From an uncultured Alphaproteobacteria bacterium (lineage in GTDB: Bacteria > Pseudomonadota > Alphaproteobacteria > HIMB59 > GCA-002718135): a stretch of 64,000 bases of DNA. The notes beneath the pieces are model-generated. The model ran no database searches. It was given only the letters and a program-made list of their open reading frames with translations, and was not told the DNA's origin. Made by a program: the position numbers and the translations under genes. Positions within the stretch are counted from its first letter, which is position 1. Every line of letters begins with the position of its first letter. Where the stretch lies: contig CACAAZ010000002.1 in the NCBI GenBank assembly GCA_902530685.1, positions 2,103 to 66,102 on the forward strand. The letters are read 5' to 3'. Positions 26,207 to 35,353 of the stretch are shown in pieces.

Positions 26207-27088
26207 TTAACCTTTTACTGCTCCAGCAGTTAAACCACTTATTAATTGTCTTTGGAAAAACATGATTATCATAAAAAGTGGTGCAGTTGCAGAAACAACA
26301 CTTGAGACTGCCCACATATAATTTCCACTATGTTCAATTGTACCTAAATAAGCATTAATTTTAGGAACCATTGTATAATTCTGCTGATTTAATAGAAGTG
26401 AAGTAACTGTAAAATCATTATAGGCTAACATCATACTAAATAAACCTGCTGTAACAACTCCAGGCCACATAACAGGCATTATAACAAAGCGAAACGCTTG
26501 AAAATACGAACAGCCATCAATTAGTGCACTTTCATCTAACTCTTTAGGAACTGTTTTAAAGAAAGAGTAGAGTAACCATAATGTAAAGGGTTGATTGATT
26601 GCAACTAAAACAATTATGGTAGTTGGAAGTATGCCCCAAACGTTCAATTGGAAGAAAGGAAACAGATAACCAGAAACTAATGTAATGTGTGGCATCGCTC
26701 TAAAAATCAAGGCAGCTATTAAAATCCAAAAAGTATATTTATATGTCGATCTAGACAAGGCATAAGCACCTAATGTTCCTAAAAATAAAGAGATCGTAAC
26801 AACTGAAACTGTAATAATAATTGTATTCATTGTTGCTTTCCAAAATTCACCTTCTGTCCAAGACTCTACATATGCCTTAACTGTAGAGGTATCTCCTGTT
26901 TCTATCAAAGTATTAACTCCTGTGACTGCAAACATCCAATCAGCTCTTGAGAAAAAGTCGGCTTTTACTTTAAATGATCCCCAAAAAGTCCATATAAAAG
27001 GAAACACAGAAATAATTAACCAAGCAAGAATAAAAAAACTATTTAATAAAATTAGTTGTTTTGAGTATCTGTTAATTTTTGATTCCAT
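26207..27088 (-). CDS. carbohydrate-type ABC transporter permease (MalG/UgpE-like)
   Basis: 6-TM protein; EAA loop DESALIDGCSYFQAFRFVIMPVMWPG. Confidence 0.85.
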   Translation of the reverse strand: MESKINRYSKQLILLNSFFILAWLIISVFPFIWTFWGSFKVKADFFSRADWMFAVTGVNTLIETGDTSTVKAYVESWTEGEFWKATMNTIIITVSVVTISLFLGTLGAYALSRSTYKYTFWILIAALIFRAMPHITLVSGYLFPFFQLNVWGILPTTIIVLVAINQPFTLWLLYSFFKTVPKELDESALIDGCSYFQAFRFVIMPVMWPGVVTAGLFSMMLAYNDFTVTSLLLNQQNYTMVPKINAYLGTIEHSGNYMWAVSSVVSATAPLFMIIMFFQRQLISGLTAGAVKG

Positions 27089-27089
27089 A

Positions 27090-28118
27090 TTATCTTTCTG
27101 TCCTAAATTCTCTCCATGTTCTTATAAGTACTGGTGTTAATAGAATTGCTACACCAATAATAGTTAACATAGATGTTGCTCCTGCGGACCCAAATAACAT
27201 TTTGTTTTCACTTCTTAAGTCGTTATAAATCATCCAAGAAAGTGATTGAGCAACTCCTTCAGCAGCGAACCCAATTATTGGCTCAAGAACCCTAAAATTA
27301 TCCATTAGACAAATTAATATAATAAATGTTGCTACCGGATAAAGATGTGGAATAACAATGTGTCTGACTCTTTCATATCTTGAGGCGCCATCTATGATCG
27401 CTGCTTCAATTGGATCTTGAGGAACAGTTTGTAATGCAGCATAAAAAACAACAAATGCAAATGGAGTATTGTGCCAAATACCATAAATAATCAAAGTAAT
27501 CCAAGTCAATTGACTGGAAGACTTTAGTGATAGATTTGGATCATCAAATAAGAATTGAATAAATGAACCTAATATTCCTTTAGCATCTATCATCCAAAAT
27601 AAAACGAGAGATCCAATCAATGGTGTTACAATCATAGGCAGTATAACACCAAAAATGGTTGGGCCTTTTAAGCTTTTTGTAATTGTATTTACACTTAAAG
27701 CAACGATGAAACCTAAAACTACAACTGGTGGTGTAACTGCAAAACAAAATGTGAGTGTAAATAAAAGTGCTTTGTAAAAAGGTAAATTTAGTAAAATATC
27801 TGTAAACTCTGCTATCGATGAGGAATTAGTCCAGGCTTCTTTAATTTCATCAAAAGCCAAATGGTTTCTGTCGCCGTATGTTCCTAAACCATTAAACCTT
27901 CCAAGAGGTTGTTCTTCTTGTAATTTTGTTGTAGCTTCAATATCAACTTTTGTTTCCGTTTTACATCCAAATGGATCACATTTTTCTACTTCCATTAAAA
28001 TTTGTTCAGGCTCGATATGAAGAGACTGAAAAAAACTAGAAATAATTGGAAGACCAATAAATAATAACATTGCCAATCCACTTGGAAAGAAGAACCAAAA
28101 GAATGTTCTGTGGGGCAT
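27090..28118 (-). CDS. carbohydrate-type ABC transporter permease (MalF/UgpA-like)
   Basis: EAA loop EAAIIDGASRYERVRHIVIPHLYP; large first periplasmic loop. Confidence 0.85.
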   Translation of the reverse strand: MPHRTFFWFFFPSGLAMLLFIGLPIISSFFQSLHIEPEQILMEVEKCDPFGCKTETKVDIEATTKLQEEQPLGRFNGLGTYGDRNHLAFDEIKEAWTNSSSIAEFTDILLNLPFYKALLFTLTFCFAVTPPVVVLGFIVALSVNTITKSLKGPTIFGVILPMIVTPLIGSLVLFWMIDAKGILGSFIQFLFDDPNLSLKSSSQLTWITLIIYGIWHNTPFAFVVFYAALQTVPQDPIEAAIIDGASRYERVRHIVIPHLYPVATFIILICLMDNFRVLEPIIGFAAEGVAQSLSWMIYNDLRSENKMLFGSAGATSMLTIIGVAILLTPVLIRTWREFRTER

Positions 28119-28130
28119 CTATTTCTTACT

Positions 28131-28164
28131 AAAAAAAAAGTGGAACATAATAATGTTCCACTTT
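28131..28164 (-). terminator. intra-operon rho-independent terminator/attenuator after the binding-protein gene
   Basis: On the minus strand GTGGAACAT-tatt-ATGTTCCAC (28140..28161), followed by a run of 9 T. Confidence 0.75.
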
Positions 28165-28184
28165 ATCATAAATATTTATACGGT

Positions 28185-29420
28185 TTATAGAAAACCTTGC
28201 TCAGTAGCTTTTGCTACATAAGCAGCTTCTACATCCGCTAATGCTTTTTCAGCAGACTCATTTCCTTGTAGAAATTCAACAAGTTCTGTACTCAAAGCAC
28301 CATGTAATAGACTCATATATGGTAAGCTTGGGTATGGTGTTGCACCTCTGTTAGCAGCGTCAACAACTGGTCCTGCTGTATCTCCTGGTGAATAACCATC
28401 AATCAACCAAATTGTTGCATTTGGATTAGCATTTGCCATTTCTGTTGAAGTTGCTGCACCTAAAAGAGCTCTAAATGATGCTTCTGCATTTGCATCAGAA
28501 GTATTCGTTGCAATTCCAAAACCATCCCACCAAAGAGTTGTTGCTGGTTTACTTCCACCACCTACAGATGGAGAAGGAGCTAATCTAGTATCAGCTTTAA
28601 TTGCTTGATCACCTTCATCATCTAACAATGAAGCTGCACCTGAATTCCAGATATGCATTAATGCTACATTACCAGACTCCCATTCTTCTTTAACTGCATT
28701 TGTATCTTGAGTTAAGAAATCAGGGTTACTTACTTCTGTTAATCTTTTAAGCATATTAAGAGCAGCTACTCCTTTAGCGTTATTTACACTAACTTCAGCT
28801 GTCCCAGCTTTAAAGAAATCACCTCCGTGACCAAGGTACATGTTTACAAACTCTTGACCTAGGTTCCATCCAGATTTGAAAGCACCAGCGTATGGGTTAG
28901 CCATTTTGCCAGATGCTTTAATTTTTTCTGCAGCTGCAATTACTTCTTCGTATGTTGAAGGAACTGCGATACCTAAATCATTAAGAATACTTTCTCTATA
29001 CCAAAGATGTTGAGCATTAGCCATAAAAGCTATTGCATAGATCTTTCCATCAATCACAATTTTTTGGTTGTCTTGTAATGCACTTCCGTATTTAGCAACT
29101 AAATCATCAAGTGGACGAATTAAGTTATCATTCATTAAAGTTGTAATTGAACCATTAGTTACAAGTTTAGCAGAGAATTCAGCTGGGTTAGCTGAAAGTG
29201 CTGCAACTTGTAATTTATTATGATCAACGGAATGTGTTACAGAAAAATCCGCATCAGGTCCTGCACAACTTTTTACTTCATCCATGAAAATTCTGTATGT
29301 TGTAAATTCGTTTGCTAGAATCTTTATTGATCCATCTGTTACTCCACAAGGTGAGTGCCCACCGGCATATGCACTTGTGCTAACAAATGTGAACAATAGA
29401 GCTATTAATAGTTTTTTCAT
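28185..29420 (-). CDS. ABC transporter substrate-binding protein, family 1 (sugar/polyol type)
   Basis: Signal peptide MKKLLIALLFTFVSTSAYA; ~410 aa, family-1-like; heads the permease genes. Confidence 0.8.
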   Translation of the reverse strand: MKKLLIALLFTFVSTSAYAGGHSPCGVTDGSIKILANEFTTYRIFMDEVKSCAGPDADFSVTHSVDHNKLQVAALSANPAEFSAKLVTNGSITTLMNDNLIRPLDDLVAKYGSALQDNQKIVIDGKIYAIAFMANAQHLWYRESILNDLGIAVPSTYEEVIAAAEKIKASGKMANPYAGAFKSGWNLGQEFVNMYLGHGGDFFKAGTAEVSVNNAKGVAALNMLKRLTEVSNPDFLTQDTNAVKEEWESGNVALMHIWNSGAASLLDDEGDQAIKADTRLAPSPSVGGGSKPATTLWWDGFGIATNTSDANAEASFRALLGAATSTEMANANPNATIWLIDGYSPGDTAGPVVDAANRGATPYPSLPYMSLLHGALSTELVEFLQGNESAEKALADVEAAYVAKATEQGFL

Positions 29421-29442
29421 ATATTTCCCCTTATTAATAAAG

Positions 29443-29455
29443 TGTGAAATTCACA
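29443..29455. promoter_or_regulatory. palindrome TGTGAA-A-TTCACA in the 5' leader of the binding-protein gene
   Basis: Perfect 6-bp arms, 23-35 nt upstream of the ATG at 29420. Confidence 0.25.
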
Positions 29456-29511
29456 TTTAAGTATAAATCCTTTATATTGGTATTAGAAAATAATGCAATA
29501 ATATGAATTGA

Positions 29512-29529
29512 TATTCAAGATTTTGAATA
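29512..29529. promoter_or_regulatory. candidate operator TATTCA-N6-TGAATA (copy 1)
   Basis: Perfect palindrome 21 nt upstream of the LacI-family gene; the same motif recurs at 32158, 36341 (N7) and 36361. Confidence 0.5.
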
Positions 29530-29549
29530 TTGAAATGGGGGGATAATTC

Positions 29550-30548
29550 ATGAGTTTTAAAAAGACTGCGACATCACAGGACGTAGCAAAACTAGCAGGA
29601 GTATCCCAATCAGCTGTTTCAAGATGCTTTACTAAAGGTGCCAGCATTTCTAGTAGAACAAAGTTAAGAGTTTTAGAAGCAGCCAAGAAATTAAAGTATA
29701 AGGCGCCCTACACATCATCTAATTTAGCATCTAATGATGATAGTGGATTGGTAGCTGTCATTTTACCCTATGTTACGAGCAGATATTATCCAGAAGTTTT
29801 AATTGAGTTACATGAAGCACTTAGAAATGGAGGCTTTAGAATTTTATTAATTACGACTGATGATGGCGAAGAATTAGATGAAAAATTAATACAGCCATAC
29901 TTAAAAGAAAAACTCATTGCAATAATATCAGCAACAAAACCTACTGATAAATTTGTTGAAGATTGCAATCAAAAAAGAATACAATTTATTGCTTATAATA
30001 GAAGTTGGAATATACCAACGATAAGTTCCGTTGCGTGTGATCATCGTAACGGAGGAGAATTAGTTGCAGAATATTTTACAAAGAAAAATCATAAAAATAT
30101 TGGCATCATTGAAGGGCCAAAAGGATCTTTTGTAAGTGATGAGCGATGCAAAGGTTTTAAAAATTATCTTAAAAATAATAAAAAAATTAAATTAAATATT
30201 GAAAAAGGTTTTTTTACTTACGAAGGTGGATATCAAGCAACAGAAAAAATTTTCAATAAAAAGATAAGTGCAATATTTTGCGCTGATGATACGATGGCTT
30301 TCGGATGCTTAGATTATATTAAAAAAAATACTTCATTAAAAACACCTTCTCAATTAGAAATTATTGGTTATGACGATATATCAATGTCAGCTTGGGAATC
30401 ATATAACCTTACAACTGTCAGACAACCTATTAGACAAATGTCAAAACTAGCAACTCAATTAATAAATGAATATATTAAAGATCCAGATTTTGAGCCTATA
30501 AATCATATTGTACAGGGAAGACTTATAAAAAGAAAAACTACAAAATAA
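29550..30548 (+). CDS. LacI-family transcriptional regulator
   Basis: N-terminal HTH ATSQDVAKLAGVSQSAVSRCF plus periplasmic-binding-protein-like sugar-sensor body. Confidence 0.85.
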   Translation: MSFKKTATSQDVAKLAGVSQSAVSRCFTKGASISSRTKLRVLEAAKKLKYKAPYTSSNLASNDDSGLVAVILPYVTSRYYPEVLIELHEALRNGGFRILLITTDDGEELDEKLIQPYLKEKLIAIISATKPTDKFVEDCNQKRIQFIAYNRSWNIPTISSVACDHRNGGELVAEYFTKKNHKNIGIIEGPKGSFVSDERCKGFKNYLKNNKKIKLNIEKGFFTYEGGYQATEKIFNKKISAIFCADDTMAFGCLDYIKKNTSLKTPSQLEIIGYDDISMSAWESYNLTTVRQPIRQMSKLATQLINEYIKDPDFEPINHIVQGRLIKRKTTK

Positions 30549-30549
30549 T

Positions 30550-30969
30550 TTACTTAAATTTTAATCCCATCTGTTCGAAGACACCATGATTATCTACCAT
30601 AACGTAATTATCTAAAAATTTTCCATCTTTAATGGTCCAAAAATCTGAAAATTGCATTTTGATAGATTTGCCTGTTGGCTCCACTCCAAGATATGTTCCA
30701 CTATGTGTGCCTGTTAAAAATCCTGTTGCACTAATCCACTCACCTTCAGCAACCACAATATCATTTTTTACGTGATAATCTGGAAATGCTTCATAAAAAG
30801 GTTTTAGAACTTTATATTTAAAATTTTCTATACCATGAATATCACCAAAACCTGGAGGACCGTGCCAAACCATATCATCATGCCAGTACTTATGTTGTGC
30901 ATTTAGATCTTGAGCATTAAGTGCATCATACATATCAGCTAATAATTTTTTACTTTCATCTAAAGTCAT
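30550..30969 (-). CDS. SnoaL/NTF2-like (ester-cyclase type) protein, single domain
   Basis: GTHSGTYLGVEPTGKSIKMQFSDFWTIKDGKFLDNYVMVD signature; WHDDMVWHGPPGFG block shared with the second domains of 32213.. and 36417.. Confidence 0.7.
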   Translation of the reverse strand: MTLDESKKLLADMYDALNAQDLNAQHKYWHDDMVWHGPPGFGDIHGIENFKYKVLKPFYEAFPDYHVKNDIVVAEGEWISATGFLTGTHSGTYLGVEPTGKSIKMQFSDFWTIKDGKFLDNYVMVDNHGVFEQMGLKFK

Positions 30970-32105
30970 TTTTTATCTCCTAAAATTTGCATTAGTATTG
31001 CAAGCTCATTAAAACCAGTCCACTCTTTAGTAATTTTATTATTTTTAATTTCCCATTGAGTGATTCCCCACAAATACACTTCTCTATTAGTTGGTTGGCC
31101 ATATGAGCCATTACCTTTATGCGTTCCTACAGCGCCCCAACGAACCGATACTAAGTAACCATCTTTTGTATTGCCCATCCAGTATAGATCTTCAATACTG
31201 AGTGCAAGATCAGGGAACGAAGCTAAAAGTGAAATTATAAATTTTCTTAATTGCAAAACTCCTTTAAATTTACGACCAGTTGAACCTTCAAATTCTACCT
31301 TACTCGAGTATGCTTTATTTATTGCAGAAAAGTTTCGCCTATTCCAAATTGTATCATAAACTGCATGAACAAACTCTCTTACATTTGTAATTTTATCTGG
31401 AATATCAAAACTAATTGGTTTTAATTTAGTAATATTTCTTGTTGGTTTGGAGTTTTTAAAATGAGGGGAATAGGGTCCTGCAATTCCCTCATCGACAAGT
31501 TGCTTGGCAACCTGATTTACATCTAATCCGAGTTGTTTAATTAAACCTGCTGTATCGTAAACAACATTTTCGTAATAAATTTCATTATTTTTGGCTACAC
31601 AATTCGCAATACAAAATAATCTTACTTTTTTACCAGTTGGTTTGGAAAATTTACTAAATCCAGTATTTGTTCCAGTAATAATTGTTCTATGCGAAGTATG
31701 AAAACTTACATTTTCATCTCCTGCCCAAATAACTTCATCTGCAAATAATCGAATATCTGGAAAAGCGTTGTTTGTATGTACAGTATCAGCTACAATTTTT
31801 TCAGATCCAAATTGTAGACCAAATTCATCCCAAACTCTGCAATCTTTACTGTAGGTGTCATAGATGTAGCCAATATTTTTTTCTTCCCAGATTTGATATG
31901 TAATCCTTACAATATAATCGATTATATTTTTATACTGATCTTCAAACCCCTTCATTGATTGATGTTTAAGTTTTTTTGGTTTTGGATTTAATGATTTAGC
32001 TGTTCCTCCACCTCCATATACTTTTAATGAAATATCATAACTCTTAGGCATATGATTATCTTGGAGGGGTTCTGGTCTTTTATCTGTAATTTTATTAAAT
32101 TTCAT
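30966..32105 (-). CDS. tandem SnoaL/NTF2-like two-domain protein (type 1)
   Basis: Two signature copies (GTNTGFSKFSKPTGKKVRLF...NNEIYYENVVYD; GTHKGNGSYGQPTNREVYLW...NNKITKEWTGFN); paralogue of 34350..35342. Confidence 0.65.
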   Translation of the reverse strand: MKFNKITDKRPEPLQDNHMPKSYDISLKVYGGGGTAKSLNPKPKKLKHQSMKGFEDQYKNIIDYIVRITYQIWEEKNIGYIYDTYSKDCRVWDEFGLQFGSEKIVADTVHTNNAFPDIRLFADEVIWAGDENVSFHTSHRTIITGTNTGFSKFSKPTGKKVRLFCIANCVAKNNEIYYENVVYDTAGLIKQLGLDVNQVAKQLVDEGIAGPYSPHFKNSKPTRNITKLKPISFDIPDKITNVREFVHAVYDTIWNRRNFSAINKAYSSKVEFEGSTGRKFKGVLQLRKFIISLLASFPDLALSIEDLYWMGNTKDGYLVSVRWGAVGTHKGNGSYGQPTNREVYLWGITQWEIKNNKITKEWTGFNELAILMQILGDKK

Positions 32106-32157
32106 AATTTGTATTTGTAATGAGATACATTTAAAAATTTTTTAAAGCAATGAAATT

Positions 32158-32175
32158 TTATTCAAAAAAATGAAT
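32158..32175. promoter_or_regulatory. candidate operator TATTCA-N6-TGAATA (copy 2)
   Basis: Perfect palindrome, 53 nt upstream of the ATG at 32105 (-) and 38 nt upstream of the ATG at 32213 (+). Confidence 0.5.
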
Positions 32176-32212
32176 ATTGTCTTTTTTAGTTTATTAATAT
32201 AATCAAAATGAA

Positions 32213-33217
32213 ATGACTGATCTCCAAGCAGAAAAAAAATTAGTATTAGATTATTTAAATGAGTTAGATAGTTGCAACATTGATTCATTATCTGAAGTTA
32301 TATCCAAATACGCATCAGAAGATTTTAGTATGAAATGTACCCACCCATTCAACGAACTAGGTAGTATAGATCTTGTTGCTAATAATCTTTGGAAACCAAT
32401 TAAAGATTCATTTTCACCTATACAACGTCGATTAGATATATTTTATGCTGGGATAAATTCACTAGATAAAAATAAAGGGAAATGGATCTCCAGTATGGGT
32501 CATTTCATGGGTGTTTTCAATAAGCCGTTTGTAGGCCTTAAACCAAATAATAAATCAATTTTATTAAGATTTGCAGAATTTTACAAAGTGGAAAATAACA
32601 AAATTAGTGAAGGGGCTATTTTTTTAGATGTAATGAATTTAATGCAGCAACTAGGTCTTTCTATAATTCCTGAATCTACAGGTCTTGTTTGTGTAACACC
32701 TGGACCAAAGAATCATAAAGGTTTAAAATTTGATATTTCTAGTGAAAGTGAAAGTCAAAAAACATTAGATTTAATTCATAGAATGCGCGATCGACTTGTT
32801 AAAGGATCCAAAATGCAATCTTATAAAGAAGAATTAGAATTAGATTGGCATAATGACATGATTTGGTGGGGACCAGGAGGTATTGGAGCTTCTTATACTA
32901 TTGATGGTTATCAAAAAGGTCACACAAAACCATTTCAAGATGGTTTAGAGTTTGTTCGTTTCAATGGACACATACTTAGTAGCTCTGAAGATGATCTTGG
33001 AGGTTGGTTTGGTTGGCCAAATTTAATTATGAAACCTAAAGGAGAATATTTAGGATTAACAAATGCAAGTGATATTGAATCAGAAATGAGAGTTGTAGAT
33101 TTATATCGAAGAGATGGAGATAAGCTGGCTGAAAACTGGATCTTTATTGATCATTTACATTTTTTAAAAAAACTAGGAGTGGATCTTTTAGAAAGAGCAA
33201 AATTTTTAAATCAGTAA
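32213..33217 (+). CDS. tandem SnoaL/NTF2-like two-domain protein (type 2)
   Basis: Signatures GLKPNNKSILLRFAEFYKVENNKISEGAIFLD and WHNDMIWWGPGGIG...MRVVDLYRRDGDKLAENWIFID; paralogue of 36417..37514. Confidence 0.65.
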   Translation: MTDLQAEKKLVLDYLNELDSCNIDSLSEVISKYASEDFSMKCTHPFNELGSIDLVANNLWKPIKDSFSPIQRRLDIFYAGINSLDKNKGKWISSMGHFMGVFNKPFVGLKPNNKSILLRFAEFYKVENNKISEGAIFLDVMNLMQQLGLSIIPESTGLVCVTPGPKNHKGLKFDISSESESQKTLDLIHRMRDRLVKGSKMQSYKEELELDWHNDMIWWGPGGIGASYTIDGYQKGHTKPFQDGLEFVRFNGHILSSSEDDLGGWFGWPNLIMKPKGEYLGLTNASDIESEMRVVDLYRRDGDKLAENWIFIDHLHFLKKLGVDLLERAKFLNQ

Positions 33218-34345
33218 TTAGATAACTTTTGAGGCAAGTTTAGTACCTTCAACTAATGCATGGAGCTTTTCATAACAAATTTTTTCATCAATTTTTCCAA
33301 AACCAGCAAATGTACTAAAACCACAATCTGTCCCTGCCATTAATTGATCTTTTGGAATGACTGTAGAAAATTGAATTAATCTATCTGCAACAACTTCTGG
33401 ATGTTCAACAAAATTAGAGGTTGAGTCGATTACGCCAGGTACTAGGACTTTATCTTTTGGTAACTTTATATCTTGAAAAACTTTCCATTCATGTGCGTGT
33501 CTAGGATTAGAAGATTCAATGAGAAAGTATTTTATCTTTGATTTTAAAATAATAGGTAATATTTTCTCCAAAGCAATATCGTGTGTGTGGGGTCCTTCAT
33601 AATTACCCCAACATATATGCATTCTAGTTTGTTCAACATTTACATTAGATAATGCTGAGTTTAGGCATTCAATTTGTAGTTCTGCACGTTTAATAAACTC
33701 ATCTTCAGATAAATTTTTAAAATTCATATGTCTTGCTAAAGCAAGGTCTGGGCAATCTAATTGAACTTGGATATCTGATTTTGTTATTAGCTCATATTCT
33801 TTAGCCATAATATTAGATAATTTATCCAAATATTCATCTTCTGTGCTATAAAATTTATTTGGCATAAAAACATTTATGACACCAGGTGATGCTGAGTTCA
33901 TAAATGCATGTCGGTGATTTAGTTTATCAAGTGAATTTTTAAAATTATTTATATCCTGTAGAAGAGAAGTTTCATCTTTTACTTTTAATTCGTTTGTGCA
34001 ACATGGCCTGGTATAAGTTGGTGTGCCACCACTTTTAGCAATCTTTTCTTTATATTCTGGAAAATCGTCAAGATCAGCAGGTGCTCTTCTTTCGCTTTCA
34101 CCTGAGAACCCATCAATTCTATCTTTAATATATGTAGCGTAGCTAATTTTACTCATCTCCCCATCACTGATAAAATCAATTCCAACATCAAGTTGTCTCT
34201 TAACAATACTTTCTACGTTATTTTTTAATACTTCATCAAAACTACTTTTACTAAATTTCTCTCCTTTATCTTTTGCAAATAAAAAATCTGAAAGTTCTTT
34301 TGATCTAGGAAGGCTTCCAACATGTGTTGTCAAAATATTAGACAT
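33218..34345 (-). CDS. cobalamin-independent methionine synthase family II (core-MetE/YxjH-like) protein
   Basis: MSNILTTHVGSLPRS start; Zn-ligand positions HICWG, LIESSN and TDCGFS. Confidence 0.75.
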   Translation of the reverse strand: MSNILTTHVGSLPRSKELSDFLFAKDKGEKFSKSSFDEVLKNNVESIVKRQLDVGIDFISDGEMSKISYATYIKDRIDGFSGESERRAPADLDDFPEYKEKIAKSGGTPTYTRPCCTNELKVKDETSLLQDINNFKNSLDKLNHRHAFMNSASPGVINVFMPNKFYSTEDEYLDKLSNIMAKEYELITKSDIQVQLDCPDLALARHMNFKNLSEDEFIKRAELQIECLNSALSNVNVEQTRMHICWGNYEGPHTHDIALEKILPIILKSKIKYFLIESSNPRHAHEWKVFQDIKLPKDKVLVPGVIDSTSNFVEHPEVVADRLIQFSTVIPKDQLMAGTDCGFSTFAGFGKIDEKICYEKLHALVEGTKLASKVI

Positions 34346-34349
34346 TAAA

Positions 34350-35342
34350 TTAACCTGTTTTTAATAAAATCTGTTTCCAGATCATAGTTTCATCATAGAG
34401 AACCCATTCATTTTTAATACCTCTTTCTCCAAATTCAACATGATTAATACCCATTATATAAATTTTCGAATTAGAGGCTTTCCCAAAAAGACCATCCCCT
34501 TCATGTTTACCTACCAAAGACCATCGAACTGAAGCTTTTTTAGGTTCATATTTTTCTTCAGAAAAAGCAATGTGCTCAACTGAGAACAATGCTTTAGGAA
34601 AAGCATCTCTTAATTGTTTCCAAAATTTTATTACCTCATCTCTACCATGGTGAGTATTTCCCCCTGGTTGAAATTGCTGTATGGCTCTGTCATAATTATC
34701 ATTTATTGTTTTGTCTAAATTAATGTTCATAATAGAAGTTAAGATATTTGCATATAATTCTCCAATGTTACCAGATGCTAATACAGGAGATTTATAAATT
34801 GATTTAACAGGTGTATTTTCATCAAAGGGTTTACTAGCTTTTTCAGGACCGCCTTCATCATTAATTAGATTACTTGCAAATTTCTTAGGGTCAATTCCAA
34901 TTTGTCTCACAATTGCTCCTTGATCTCTCACAAGCCACTCATCATAAACTTGATTATTCATGCATGCACAATCAGCAATAGTTCGGTAATATAGTTTTTT
35001 TCCTGTCGCTTTCCCATACATCCCATCAACAGAATGAGTAGAAGTTGATAAAATGCGATGTGATGAAAAATATCCCTCATCATCATTTCCTGTCCAAATT
35101 ACATCTTCACCTAAAAGTGTTCTGTCTGGAAATAGTTTTTTACTAGCATAGGTACTTTCAATTACTGGGTCTGCACCATAAATTACTCCAGATGGAGATC
35201 TTGTAGGTGTGGGGAGGCTTACATTTGGAGTATCAGCATAATAATCTCTTATTGCTTCAACATCATTGTTTTCCCAAATTTGATATGTGATCTTTAAAAT
35301 ATAATCAGGAAAATCTTTGAATTGTGCATCAAATCCTTTCAT
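34350..35342 (-). CDS. tandem SnoaL/NTF2-like two-domain protein (type 1)
   Basis: KGFDAQFKDFPDYILKITYQIWE start parallels KGFEDQYKNIIDYIVRITYQIWE of 30966..32105; signatures GKATGKKLYYR...NNQVYDEWLVRD and GKHEGDGLFGKASNSKIYIMG...GIKNEWVLYD. Confidence 0.65.
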   Translation of the reverse strand: MKGFDAQFKDFPDYILKITYQIWENNDVEAIRDYYADTPNVSLPTPTRSPSGVIYGADPVIESTYASKKLFPDRTLLGEDVIWTGNDDEGYFSSHRILSTSTHSVDGMYGKATGKKLYYRTIADCACMNNQVYDEWLVRDQGAIVRQIGIDPKKFASNLINDEGGPEKASKPFDENTPVKSIYKSPVLASGNIGELYANILTSIMNINLDKTINDNYDRAIQQFQPGGNTHHGRDEVIKFWKQLRDAFPKALFSVEHIAFSEEKYEPKKASVRWSLVGKHEGDGLFGKASNSKIYIMGINHVEFGERGIKNEWVLYDETMIWKQILLKTG

Positions 35343-35353
35343 TTAATTAATAT

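Noticed and set aside
29483-29686. 67-aa minus-strand ORF spanning the LacI-gene start and promoter
   Set aside because: It overlaps the well-supported LacI-family HTH coding region in antisense, has no recognisable features, and would occupy the operator-containing spacer.
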